Source: a bacterium | Lineage (GTDB): Bacteria; Patescibacteriota; Dojkabacteria; SC72 | Direction of reading: 5' to 3' | Length of the DNA stretch: 64,000 nt | Assembly: GCA_021463465.1 (NCBI GenBank) | Contig: JAJTYH010000002.1 | Coordinates: 137,799 to 201,798 of the forward strand | Shown here: piece after piece, positions 49,552 through 59,447 of the stretch | Layout of the letters: each line of letters starts with the position of its first letter | Numbering within the stretch: the first letter of the stretch is position 1 | The notes under the pieces: model-generated | What the model was told of the DNA's origin: nothing | Database searches by the model: none | Seen by the model: the letters and a program-made list of their open reading frames with translations, nothing else | Position numbers and translations under genes: made by a program

Positions 49552-50226
49552 CTATTCCCAGGTCAATTTTTGCGTAGCGACCAAGGCTTGTTTGTAGTAC
49601 GCAGGTTGTACATTCTTAGAAAACGACATTTCATATTTTGATTTCATTTCAATAGCAATCGTAATCAAAACATTTCCACTTGGAGTTGAATAATGGTGCA
49701 TCTCAAATTGGTCTGCAAAAACCTCTGAATTATTAAGCACAACGGCGTTTTGCATATATTCAATGTTATCACTATCAAAGCAACTTGCCGGTGCAATATT
49801 ATCAGGATACGAAGACTTAAGGATATAACCCTTAGTCTGATCGCTTAGAGTAGGGAAGTATCCAATACAAACCCAACGATTGTACCCACTAGGTCTAAAA
49901 TGAATCTCAGATGAACTAAGCCCCTCTCCAACAGCTTGATCATAACCCTGAACTGTTCCTGAATTAATGATTTTACTCATACTTTCATCATATAACCTAC
50001 CACTAACATTGTAGAACCGTATATCATCTGTATGTGAGTTCCTTATGCTTCTCCTAACAAGCTCAATTACAAACTCACTCTCTTGGCGTGCAGTTGTTCT
50101 TGCCGAAGTTACTGCGGAAGTACGAATCAAAGTAGTAAGGGTAATTGAAGCCATTAGCACTACCGTTGTTATGATAACAATAGTAATGAGCATTTCCACC
50201 AGACTCAAACCCTCGTACTTTCTCAT
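49552..50226 (-). CDS. Minor type IV pilin (PilW-like)
   Basis: KYEG|LSLVEMLITIVII; VRRSIRNS. Confidence 0.85.
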   Translation of the reverse strand: MRKYEGLSLVEMLITIVIITTVVLMASITLTTLIRTSAVTSARTTARQESEFVIELVRRSIRNSHTDDIRFYNVSGRLYDESMSKIINSGTVQGYDQAVGEGLSSSEIHFRPSGYNRWVCIGYFPTLSDQTKGYILKSSYPDNIAPASCFDSDNIEYMQNAVVLNNSEVFADQFEMHHYSTPSGNVLITIAIEMKSKYEMSFSKNVQPAYYKQALVATQKLTWE

Positions 50227-50771
50227 TTCTGTAATGTTTTAGTTAAAACATAATACTCGTAGTCGGATACCTCACAATCATCACTATTATCACAGCCTAT
50301 TTTTCCTACAACCATCTTGCCAACAACCAAACCAGTTGCAATATCTGATTCAGGTGTGATACAAAAAACATTAAAAACTGTAGGATCAGAAGAGCTTACT
50401 GCATTCTTACAAGAGTTCCTCTCGCCTGCATCATAATTACAAGCTGGTATAAACACACCACTTGTATTAACAAACTCTGGATTACCAGCGGTTCCAGAAA
50501 CCGCAAAACAGTTGTTAACGTTTGTTGTAATACTTGGAAATAACTTTTCTTCTGAGTTATTATTCTTTTCTGCAATAGTTTTTACAGCAGAACCCCCTTC
50601 AATCGCAATTTGAGTCATACTATCTCCAAGCTCATTAATTACTACCTGTTTTACTGTGTCGGCAGCCACCCCCATAAGCAGTACAGACGCCATTCCAGCT
50701 ACAACAATGGCTAGAAGTGCTTCTATAAATCCTAATCCTTCGTAAGTTTTAGTCAGCTGTTGATGTTTCAA
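50223..50771 (-). CDS. Minor type IV pilin (PilV-like)
   Basis: TYEG|LGFIEALLAIVV. Confidence 0.8.
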   Translation of the reverse strand: MKHQQLTKTYEGLGFIEALLAIVVAGMASVLLMGVAADTVKQVVINELGDSMTQIAIEGGSAVKTIAEKNNNSEEKLFPSITTNVNNCFAVSGTAGNPEFVNTSGVFIPACNYDAGERNSCKNAVSSSDPTVFNVFCITPESDIATGLVVGKMVVGKIGCDNSDDCEVSDYEYYVLTKTLQK

Positions 50772-51489
50772 TGTTAATTTTTCCCGAAATATTACTTATT
50801 GATATATCTTTTTCTCTTTTAGTTCTAGGACTTTCAATAGTCACCACAAAATCAATCGCATCACTCACTATCGAGCCGCTAGAATCGTAGTTTACTACAT
50901 TACCTGAAACGTCATAAAGGAATGCCCTCCCAGAAACAGCTTCAAATAGTATATAAACAGGAACACCAGCCAAATCTCCAGTTGCATTATTTGAAACAGG
51001 AATATTAATATTAAAATTACTCGCAATCACTCTTTCACCAAAATCTCCACCTTCTATGAGTTCGCTAACATTTGAACCAAGATTGCAATCAGCATTACCA
51101 TAGCTATTCACAGGTAAACTACCATTAAGTGGGCCGAGTGCGAAGTTACTGTCAAAGTTTGGCAGCTCACCTGTTGTCCTGACATCTCCATAACTATTAA
51201 ACTGAGAGCACCATTTAAAAATCTTATAAGTACCGTTACTTGCGAAGGAACTAAAATCTAAACCTACACCATATATCCAACGGTCACCTGCGTCTCTTTC
51301 TAAAAAAAGTGCTGCTCGCTGAGCGTAACGAACATCTTGCTCCAAACTCAACATCTTTTCATTTAAGGTTATACTATCCCTTAGTCCATAAAAAGCTGCA
51401 AAACCTATACCAGCAATTATAATAAAAATTGAAACTACAATGAGCATCTCAACCAGCGTGTATGCGTGATATTTATAAGTGGCAGTCAT
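50749..51489 (-). CDS. Minor type IV pilin (FimT/FimU-like)
   Basis: KYHA|YTLVEMLIVVSI; DVRYAQRAA; ATG at 51489. Confidence 0.85.
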   Translation of the reverse strand: MTATYKYHAYTLVEMLIVVSIFIIIAGIGFAAFYGLRDSITLNEKMLSLEQDVRYAQRAALFLERDAGDRWIYGVGLDFSSFASNGTYKIFKWCSQFNSYGDVRTTGELPNFDSNFALGPLNGSLPVNSYGNADCNLGSNVSELIEGGDFGERVIASNFNINIPVSNNATGDLAGVPVYILFEAVSGRAFLYDVSGNVVNYDSSGSIVSDAIDFVVTIESPRTKREKDISISNISGKINIETSTAD

Positions 51490-51514
51490 ATTTCTCAATT
51501 TATCACAAGCCCGA

Positions 51515-52309
51515 CTATTCTTCAAAGAAATGTTTCCACTTAGTTTTAGCAAATCTCTCCTTAAGCTGATTGTAATTAGAAATACCTTCTTTAAGCGAGC
51601 TATTGCGCTGTTTAAATGTATTAGGGACCAAAGGCTGAACGGAGACCCTCAGAAACTGAAGAACCTTCTTAATCTCGTTTTCACCTTTTAACTCTAAGTT
51701 TTCATAAACAAGCTCATAGATCTTATGCCCCGCAAAAAACTTTCTAAACTCATTTTCATATCTTTCAGTCTTTTCAAACTCATTAATGCATTCCTGATAG
51801 GGCAGGGTAAGTGGAGATAGTTGCTCTGTCTTACCTTTTTGTTCTGCCCACCTTTCTGTTTGACCCGCTTTAAATCTAGAGAGTACAGTGTTAAGCATGT
51901 TACGACGGGTAATGTGCAGTATATGAATGCTTTTATCTTTTTTAAGTTCCTTCCATAGTTCTTTATTTGAAGAGCTTTGCGCATGGTAGTAAAAGAGTTT
52001 GAAGCCAACGGCTTTAACATTTCGACGATATTTGCGAAATAGGTGACTTCGCATATATTTTACTGTGTCTTTTCCCACAGGCTTTCTTTTATCCCACGTC
52101 CTATATCTCTCACCGTAACATAGGATTTGGTTGTGGGAGTTAAGCAAACCTCTTAGGAAATTAGAACCTGTACGAGAACGACCTAATACAATAAATTTGA
52201 TATATTTATCCTGACCCTTTTTCAACTTCAAATCAATTAGTATGTTGCTCAGTACTACTGGCATCCACTTCTTCAGATCAGATGAAATACTACGAATACT
52301 TATAGCCAC
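51515..52309 (-). CDS. PAPS-dependent sulfotransferase (Stf0/LpsS-like)
   Basis: 5'-PSB motif FIVLGRSRTGSNFL..LLNSH, GFKLF, 3'-PB motif RRNMLNTVLS, VYENL. Confidence 0.85.
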   Translation of the reverse strand: MAISIRSISSDLKKWMPVVLSNILIDLKLKKGQDKYIKFIVLGRSRTGSNFLRGLLNSHNQILCYGERYRTWDKRKPVGKDTVKYMRSHLFRKYRRNVKAVGFKLFYYHAQSSSNKELWKELKKDKSIHILHITRRNMLNTVLSRFKAGQTERWAEQKGKTEQLSPLTLPYQECINEFEKTERYENEFRKFFAGHKIYELVYENLELKGENEIKKVLQFLRVSVQPLVPNTFKQRNSSLKEGISNYNQLKERFAKTKWKHFFEE

Positions 52310-52321
52310 AATAAAGCTGTG

Positions 52322-53053
52322 TTAATTTAGAAAAAGTAGTGAATTCAAATTGATAAAGCGTGCAAGCAAGAATGCTAAAAGCATGAATGGAAGTAGGGGG
52401 ATGTAAGACTTGAGTGTCCCACGATTGATTGAAACAAGAACTAATGAAAATATGGCAGCGATATATAATGTTAAAAGGAGGAAAGTTAAGTAATTGATAG
52501 GATTAAATATTAAAGCGAAAAAGAGCAATAGAAGTAAATCTCCAAATCCAAAAGATTTTTTAAAATGATTTAGAATTGTTATCCCAGTTGCTACAAGGAT
52601 AAAGTACCCAATACTCAGCCATGCAATGGCATTGTAATTAAGAATAAAAAAAATCACACCAAGAACTAACAAGATGTGTGTTAGATTCGCTGATATCCTT
52701 TGCGTTTTTAAATCAGATATAGACAAACAGTATAGAATTGTCAGGAAAACGTAGTGCCAAAGGCTTAACCCGTAGGATAGAAAGATTAACAAAAATGCTA
52801 TACCTAAAAACAGTTCAGATAAAGGGTGTATGAAATCAATAGATTTCTTGCATTTTGAACATCTGCCTTTTAACACGACCCACGAAATTATCGGAATTAG
52901 TTCATACCACTCTAACTCATGTTTACAATGCTCACAGTGTGAACGTGATATTAATTTGTTTTTCCAATTACCCTTCTTTCCAAATCTGTATACAGAAGCA
53001 TTAAGAAAACTGGCAAAAACTGTACCTAATAAAAATATATAAATATATATCAT
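52322..53053 (-). CDS. pilD: Prepilin peptidase
   Basis: SFLN, RSHCEHC..L.WYELIPIISW..LKGRCSKC, SD, GFGD, IPLLPF. Confidence 0.92.
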   Translation of the reverse strand: MIYIYIFLLGTVFASFLNASVYRFGKKGNWKNKLISRSHCEHCKHELEWYELIPIISWVVLKGRCSKCKKSIDFIHPLSELFLGIAFLLIFLSYGLSLWHYVFLTILYCLSISDLKTQRISANLTHILLVLGVIFFILNYNAIAWLSIGYFILVATGITILNHFKKSFGFGDLLLLLFFALIFNPINYLTFLLLTLYIAAIFSLVLVSINRGTLKSYIPLLPFMLLAFLLARFINLNSLLFLN

Positions 53054-53067
53054 GTGAGTATTGTACT

Positions 53068-53095
53068 AAAAAAAGGGGGCATATACTGCCCCCTT
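53068..53095 (-). terminator. Intrinsic terminator after the major pilin
   Basis: Minus strand AAGGGGGCA-gtata-TGCCCCC-TTTTTTT. Confidence 0.9.
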
Positions 53096-53113
53096 AATGT
53101 TCTTAAACTAATA

Positions 53114-53665
53114 CTATTGCCAGTTCTTCGCTGCTGCAACCCAATCGGTAGCTAAGAATGAACCCGCACCTCCACCTGCATTGCTAATTACCAACGTATT
53201 GAAGGTAGTATCGTCCATCTCCTTTAGTGATACTTTTGTTGAACCGTTAACTGGTAAGATTCCAAACCCGTTACCGACGCAATATCCTCCTAATTGCTGT
53301 GAGTCATCCAATCCTCCGAAGGTCACACAAATCAAAACGCTTTGGCCATTACCATCAGTTGCGTAGTAAAAAGTAGCGTCACTTCCACCGTCAAACGATT
53401 TGCTATCCAAATATTCCTCTAACGCTCCTCCTGTACCAAGTGCCGCAGACCAGCTACCAAATGTAGCCTCATCTGGGAACTCCCTGTTATCAGCATAATA
53501 TGCCTGCAATCCTTGATAAAGCTGATCTGCAGCATTTTGATGCTGAACACGATTAGCCCTCTGAATTGCAAATCTCCCTGCAGCTATACCCATCGTCATT
53601 AAAATGATAAGAATACCCATGACCACAAGCATTTCAACGAGCGTAAATCCTTTATATGTTTTCAT
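53114..53665 (-). CDS. Type IV pilin, probable major pilin
   Basis: MKTYKG|FTLVEMLVVMGILIIL; LQAYYADNREFP; has its own promoter and terminator. ATG at 53665. Confidence 0.9.
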   Translation of the reverse strand: MKTYKGFTLVEMLVVMGILIILMTMGIAAGRFAIQRANRVQHQNAADQLYQGLQAYYADNREFPDEATFGSWSAALGTGGALEEYLDSKSFDGGSDATFYYATDGNGQSVLICVTFGGLDDSQQLGGYCVGNGFGILPVNGSTKVSLKEMDDTTFNTLVISNAGGGAGSFLATDWVAAAKNWQ

Positions 53666-53695
53666 AAAAAGCAGTTTAAAATAATATCTCTTATA

Positions 53696-53724
53696 AAGAT
53701 AGCGTAGTGGTATATCCATGTCAA
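53696..53724 (-). promoter_or_regulatory. Dedicated promoter for the pilin gene
   Basis: Minus strand TTGACA-17 bp-TATCTT in the pilC-pilin gap. Confidence 0.65.
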
Positions 53725-53731
53725 TAAGCAA

Positions 53732-54943
53732 CTATCCTACAACACCAGATAAATTGAACATCGGCATATACACTGCTAAAGCGATAAAAGCAATTACACT
53801 TCCCATAATCACCAACATTAACGGCTCCATTAATGTTGTGAGGTTACTAGTTGTAACTTCAACCTCTTCGTTGTAATACTGTGCAACTTTTTCAAGCACC
53901 TTATCAAGCTCACCTGACTCCTCACCAACAGCAATCATCTGACTAACAATCATAGGGAATACATTTGCACGAGCAATTGGTAATGCTAAAGGTACACCTT
54001 TTTCAACTTCTTTTTTAGCTTCTCCAACTGCATCTTTAAAGATTGAATTTGTAAGTGACCCAGCTGTAAGTTCAAGAGCCTTAACAATTGATAGACCGCT
54101 TCGGAGCAAAAGTGATAGCACTCGAGTAAATTGAGCAATCTGCATCTTAACTATAACTGGACCAAAAATCGGAGCTTTAAGAGCAATTCTATGTAGTAAT
54201 ACTTTGCCTGTTGGAGATTCCATATATGATTTAGCTACTATCCCAATGACTGATGCAAATATAATGATAAGCCACCAGAATTTTAGGAAGAAGTCACTCA
54301 TCGCAATCATAACTCGTGTAATAAGTGGGAGCTCAGCCCCAAATTCGCTATAAATATCTGCCATCGCCGGAATCAAAACAAACATCATAAGTAGGACAAC
54401 GCCTATGATAACTACCATGATTACAGCCGGATATATCATGGCTCCCCTTATCTTATCCTTCAATTTTTTCTGAGCTTCAAGTTCAATAGCCAATCGCTCC
54501 AAGATATTTTCCAGATTACCGCTCTGTTCTCCAGCTTCCAACAAATTCATAGTAATGTCATCAAAGACCTGCTTATTACGTCTGAAAGCTTCTGCAAGGC
54601 TCTTTCCACCCTGTACATCACCCAATACATTGGAAAGTGTGCGCTTAAAAAGTGGATTGGTTGCCTGGGCCTCAAGAATCTGAAGGGCTTGAGTAAGAGC
54701 CAAACCTGCACCAATCATAGTAGCAAGTTGTCTCATGAAAACAACCTTATCTTTGATAGGTACACCTCCAAGGTTAATCTCGTTTAGCTTCTCTAATGAA
54801 AAACCCAGTTCTTCTTCAATCCTTACTACAACCAATCCTTTATTCTGAAGACTCTCCGCGACAGCCTGAGCTGTACGAGCTTCCATCGACCCATTAACCT
54901 CTTTACCAGTTTTATCACGGGCAAAATATTTGTATGCTTGCAT
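53732..54943 (-). CDS. pilC: Type IV pilus platform protein PilC (T2SS F family)
   Basis: FMRQLATMIGAG, AGEQSGNL, AMIYP, VGEESGEL, LMEPLM, VYMPMF. Confidence 0.95.
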   Translation of the reverse strand: MQAYKYFARDKTGKEVNGSMEARTAQAVAESLQNKGLVVVRIEEELGFSLEKLNEINLGGVPIKDKVVFMRQLATMIGAGLALTQALQILEAQATNPLFKRTLSNVLGDVQGGKSLAEAFRRNKQVFDDITMNLLEAGEQSGNLENILERLAIELEAQKKLKDKIRGAMIYPAVIMVVIIGVVLLMMFVLIPAMADIYSEFGAELPLITRVMIAMSDFFLKFWWLIIIFASVIGIVAKSYMESPTGKVLLHRIALKAPIFGPVIVKMQIAQFTRVLSLLLRSGLSIVKALELTAGSLTNSIFKDAVGEAKKEVEKGVPLALPIARANVFPMIVSQMIAVGEESGELDKVLEKVAQYYNEEVEVTTSNLTTLMEPLMLVIMGSVIAFIALAVYMPMFNLSGVVG

Positions 54944-54946
54944 ACA

Positions 54947-56977
54947 TTAAACCTTGAGTAATCTTACAATCTCTTCTGGATGGACTGCGAACTCTTGAGC
55001 TCTTTCCATCGTAATCAAACCTTCCCGTACCAGCTTGACCAAAGACTGCTCCAAAGAGACCATTCCTATATCTAGACTTGTTCTAATTACATTATCAATC
55101 TGATGAGTTTTACCTTCACGAATCAAATTTCGCACCGCGGGTACTCCCAACATAATTTCTGAAACCGCACGTCGACCGCCACCATCGATAGGAATCAGTC
55201 TCTGAGCAATGACTGCTTCAAGAATGTTAGCGAGCTGAGTTCGAATCTGTGCCTGCTGATTTTCTGGGAATACATCAATGATACGATCAACGGTCTGAGC
55301 TGCACTGTTAGTGTGCAAGGTTGCAAAAACCAAGTGACCTGTTTCAGCCAGAGTAATAGTAGAAGCAATAGTTTCATAGTCACGCATCTCACCGACCAAA
55401 ATGACATCTGGATCCTGTCTAAGAGCACTCTTTAATGCCACTGTCCAGGAGTGAGTATCATCATGCATCTCTCGTTGATCAATCACAGCTTTGGCTGGTT
55501 TGAAGACATACTCAATAGGGTCTTCAATCGTAATCATGTGAGTAGAGCGGGTTAAATTGATGGCTTGAAGCATGGCTGCTAAGGTCGTACTCTTACCGTG
55601 TCCAGTTGGACCGGTTACCAATACCAAACCCTGTCCTAATTTAATAATCTGATTATAAAGGGCAGGTAATTGTAATTCCTCAATCGTTCGAATTTTGGAA
55701 GGAATCAATCGAAACGCGGCAGTTAAATTACCCTTAGAATAGTAAGCATTTATTCTGAATCTAGCTTCAGCATTTTGAAGAGGGGAATAGGCAAGATCAA
55801 CCTCACGGTTAACTTCAAGTAATTCTTTCTTCTGTTCACTAAGCACTGGCATGATAAGCTCTTCAGCATTTACAGGTGAGACCACATTATCATTCACTGC
55901 AATTAAACTACCATCGATCCTAATCATCACAGGATACCCCACTGACACCTGAATGTCTGAAGCATTACGCTCAATCGCTATATCCATGATTTTATTGATA
56001 CTAAGAGGGTACTTAGCGTTTGAAGATGCGCTCTCAACAACTTGAGGATTGACCTGTGTATGATCATTTTCATCTACTGCAGAATTTTCAGAAGAAGCGG
56101 GCAGTGCAGGAGCTGTTACTTCTGAAACTGAAGAATCCACTAAAGGTACTTCAGTAGAAGCTGTATCACCATCAGGTTTTGCAACGACCTCAGGATACAT
56201 CTGCTCTAATGTAGGCACTTTCTTACTAGTATCATCAGTAGAAGAGCTCAACGGATCAACAACCGGTGGGGTAGTATTAAAATCAGGCAAGGCATTGTCC
56301 ACATCACTCACAGGAGCAGTTTGAGCTTCAGGCACAGCTGGCAAAACATCACTCGCAGGAGCAATCATATCGAGACTTTCAGCAGGCACATCAGGAAGTG
56401 GAGAAGCAGTAGCACTAAGCTTTGTCATATCCTCAACTGCCTTTTCAGCATCATCCTTAACTTCTGCTTCTGGAGCGGATGGAGCCTCATGCGCGACTTC
56501 TTCTGGTTTATCTTCACCCTTATCTTGTATCAATTCATCTTTAAGCTTAGCTAATTTTTTAGCTAAAGCCTGAAGTGGGCTCTCATGTCCCTCTTCTACA
56601 GGAGGAGTTACTAACGGATTGGTCTCATGACTAGGAAGTGGATCTTCCACAGTCGCAGAGAGTGCAGAATCAGAAGCTACAGGAGCAGGTACCGTGCTAG
56701 AAATTTGATCTTGTGGGGTCTCAATTACAGCAGGATCAGGCATAACAGGAGGTGGTCCATCTATTCCATTACCTCTACTAACAGATGCTACATCTTCAGG
56801 CTTACTCTCATCAGTAGTGGAAGGGGAAGTTGACGTGAGAACAGAAGCAGGATCCACAGGTGTACCAGTTGGCAAAGGCATACTACCCACAGTCGTAGTT
56901 GTAGCGGGAGCACTTGAATCAGACGCTGGATAGGCAAAATCCCCTAAAGAATTGGATGGTTGGGCAGTCATATTCAA
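54947..56977 (-). CDS. pilT: PilT retraction ATPase with a ~320-aa Pro/Ser/acidic N-terminal extension
   Basis: GPTGHGKSTT, TIEDPIE, ALRQDPDVILVGEMRD, AETGHLVFATLH, AVRNLIRE. Start may be ATG 56971. Confidence 0.93.
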   Translation of the reverse strand: MNMTAQPSNSLGDFAYPASDSSAPATTTTVGSMPLPTGTPVDPASVLTSTSPSTTDESKPEDVASVSRGNGIDGPPPVMPDPAVIETPQDQISSTVPAPVASDSALSATVEDPLPSHETNPLVTPPVEEGHESPLQALAKKLAKLKDELIQDKGEDKPEEVAHEAPSAPEAEVKDDAEKAVEDMTKLSATASPLPDVPAESLDMIAPASDVLPAVPEAQTAPVSDVDNALPDFNTTPPVVDPLSSSTDDTSKKVPTLEQMYPEVVAKPDGDTASTEVPLVDSSVSEVTAPALPASSENSAVDENDHTQVNPQVVESASSNAKYPLSINKIMDIAIERNASDIQVSVGYPVMIRIDGSLIAVNDNVVSPVNAEELIMPVLSEQKKELLEVNREVDLAYSPLQNAEARFRINAYYSKGNLTAAFRLIPSKIRTIEELQLPALYNQIIKLGQGLVLVTGPTGHGKSTTLAAMLQAINLTRSTHMITIEDPIEYVFKPAKAVIDQREMHDDTHSWTVALKSALRQDPDVILVGEMRDYETIASTITLAETGHLVFATLHTNSAAQTVDRIIDVFPENQQAQIRTQLANILEAVIAQRLIPIDGGGRRAVSEIMLGVPAVRNLIREGKTHQIDNVIRTSLDIGMVSLEQSLVKLVREGLITMERAQEFAVHPEEIVRLLKV

Positions 56978-57083
56978 ATCAAACTATATTATCTCTTCGA
57001 AAATTACATGATTTGAGGCAAGAACGCTAGACCTATAGCAGGTTTCAAAGTATAATGCAGACAATAAAATCAGATTCCCACTT

Positions 57084-57539
57084 GTGCCACCTAGAATTAA
57101 GAACCTAGAAAAAAGCAAAGAAGTTCTATCATTTCAGGTCATAAATCAACTTAGGGAAATGCGAGAAAAGTTTAAAAGGCCTAAGAATTGCGATACTTTT
57201 ACTACAGGACAACACTGGGTCGACTTTAAAGATAAAAGAAAAGGTGGAGGTATCATAAGGGTAACCATTACAGCTCTGTCCAAACCAGTAGGTAAAAGAT
57301 TTTTAAGCGTGGCAGATACAAAAGAATGCGAATTAGATATACACTATTTAGATTGCTCTACCAACGAAAGTACCATAACGAAAGCAAGTATCTTAATGCT
57401 AGATGATGAATTGTATGTAAGGGAATTTTTTAACAACAATGCTTTTGGCCAGCGAGACGAAACCAGATTGGCAAATGTAGTGGAGATCCTTACAGCAATT
57501 CAATCTAACGAGGCGAAACCTTATCCTACCGCAATCTAA
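57084..57539 (+). CDS. Hypothetical protein on the opposite strand between pilB and pilT
   Basis: 151-aa ORF; TATAAT at 57051-57056. Confidence 0.55.
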   Translation: MPPRIKNLEKSKEVLSFQVINQLREMREKFKRPKNCDTFTTGQHWVDFKDKRKGGGIIRVTITALSKPVGKRFLSVADTKECELDIHYLDCSTNESTITKASILMLDDELYVREFFNNNAFGQRDETRLANVVEILTAIQSNEAKPYPTAI

Positions 57540-57544
57540 TAAAA

Positions 57545-59362
57545 CTACTCCTTAGACACACGAAGCACTTCCTCAATAGTCGTTATCCCCTCCAAAGCCT
57601 TTAGATACCCATCCTGAATCATTGTTACCATTCCAGCCTCAACAGCAGTCTTTTGGACTTCATCACTTACAACATTTTCCATCATCATTCTCCCAACTTT
57701 TTCAGTGATATTTAAAACTTCAAAAATGCCAACTCGCCCTTTATAACCGCTATCTCCACACCTCTGACAACCTTTTCCACGATAAAGATAAACAACATCT
57801 TCTCCAGTAGCACCTTTTTCAGGAGCCTTCAAAGGCATCTTATCTTCTTCAGACCGGCTTGAATTCGCAATACTAAGTCGTTTTGAATAATCAACCACGT
57901 CAAAGCTTTTAATACTACCTAACGTCTCCTTAACATCCTTAATCAGTTCAGGAGACATTGGAAATGCCTCTATGCAATGCTTACAAACCCTTCTTGGTAA
58001 TCTTTGCGCTACTACACACCGTAAAGTGGAAGAGAGTAGGTACGGTTCAACACCCATATCAAGCAAACGCGGAACAGCCGCAGCCGCACTATTAGTGTGC
58101 AATGTTGAAAGCACTAAGTGACCAGTAAGCGATGCCTGTATTGCCAGCTGGGCAGTCTCTTGGTCACGAATCTCACCAACCATTACGACATTGGGATCTT
58201 GTCTTAAAATGGCTCTCAGACCCTTTGCAAATGTCAACCCAACATCAGCTCTTACCTGTACCTGATTAACGCCTGGAATACGAATTTCAACAGGGTCTTC
58301 CAATGTTACAATGTTTACTTTAGGAGTGTTAAGTTTCATTATTGTAGCGGCTAGTGTTCTAGTTTTACCCGAACCAGTCGGCCCAGTTACTAATACAATT
58401 CCGTTAGTAGATTTAACCGAATCTAGAAAAGTTTGAAATGCGGTGCCCCTCATACCGCTATCTTCTAGCCTAATTCCTGAAATATCCGTTTCAAGGAGTC
58501 GCATAACAATTTTTTCACCATAAATTCCTGGGATTGTCGAAACACGGACGTCAACCTTACGATCTGCAATTTTAATTTGCATTCTACCATCAAGTGGAAT
58601 ACGTTTTTCGTCAATTTTTAGCCTTGCTAGAATTTTAACACGAGAAATAACCGCACTAATCATACTTTTTGGCAATGACAGTTTCTCCATGAGCACACCG
58701 TAGATTCTAAACCTGATGCGAAGCTTTGTTTCGGTTGGTTCAATATGGATATCAGAAGCATTTGAAGTCATCGCAAATCGAAAAATAGCATTCACAATTC
58801 TGGCGACAGGCGCATTCCTTAAGTCAATCTTTGACAGCTCCTCATCACCAACATAAGCATCGCCAACAGCATCAAGGTCTGTAACTGGTGCCTCATAATC
58901 CTCAAGAGCAGCAGAAACCTCAGTTCCTAAGTTTTCACCAACCCTTCTATCAAGTATAAAGTTTATTCCTTCTTGTGTAGTTATATGAATATTAAATTTC
59001 TCATTTGCAGCATACTTAATTTCAAGCGCTTGAATGGCCTGAACGTCAAATGGATCTAACATTGCAATATCAACAACTCCATCAGAGTGCCGGAACGGTA
59101 CAGCAGAGAACTGTTTCATTATGTCAATGTTAATTTCTGTAAGTACCGATTCAGGTATTTCAACTGCTTTTAAATCTACATAGGGGATATTGAAAAGTTC
59201 AGACTTTGCTTTAACTATAGTATCTTCGTCAATTAAATTCTTTTCGCGAAGAATCTGTTCTTCTGAACTTGAAGTTTTTGTACGCTCAACATGAATATCA
59301 TTCACTTGCTCTTGAGTGAGCAATCCTTTTGATTGTAGGAACTCAACTAACGACTTATTCAA
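57545..59362 (-). CDS. pilB: Type IV pilus extension ATPase PilB (GspE family)
   Basis: ASDIHIEP, GPTGSGKT, EDPVE, LRQDPNVVMVGEIRD, TGHLVLSTLH, CxxC...CxxC, GYKGRVG. Confidence 0.95.
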   Translation of the reverse strand: MNKSLVEFLQSKGLLTQEQVNDIHVERTKTSSSEEQILREKNLIDEDTIVKAKSELFNIPYVDLKAVEIPESVLTEINIDIMKQFSAVPFRHSDGVVDIAMLDPFDVQAIQALEIKYAANEKFNIHITTQEGINFILDRRVGENLGTEVSAALEDYEAPVTDLDAVGDAYVGDEELSKIDLRNAPVARIVNAIFRFAMTSNASDIHIEPTETKLRIRFRIYGVLMEKLSLPKSMISAVISRVKILARLKIDEKRIPLDGRMQIKIADRKVDVRVSTIPGIYGEKIVMRLLETDISGIRLEDSGMRGTAFQTFLDSVKSTNGIVLVTGPTGSGKTRTLAATIMKLNTPKVNIVTLEDPVEIRIPGVNQVQVRADVGLTFAKGLRAILRQDPNVVMVGEIRDQETAQLAIQASLTGHLVLSTLHTNSAAAAVPRLLDMGVEPYLLSSTLRCVVAQRLPRRVCKHCIEAFPMSPELIKDVKETLGSIKSFDVVDYSKRLSIANSSRSEEDKMPLKAPEKGATGEDVVYLYRGKGCQRCGDSGYKGRVGIFEVLNITEKVGRMMMENVVSDEVQKTAVEAGMVTMIQDGYLKALEGITTIEEVLRVSKE

Positions 59363-59447
59363 CTAAGGGCAGATTTTAAAGTATTATCATTGATAATTTA
59401 GAAAAAGTATAGACGTTAGTCAAGAAACTTACAAAATTGATTCCAAA

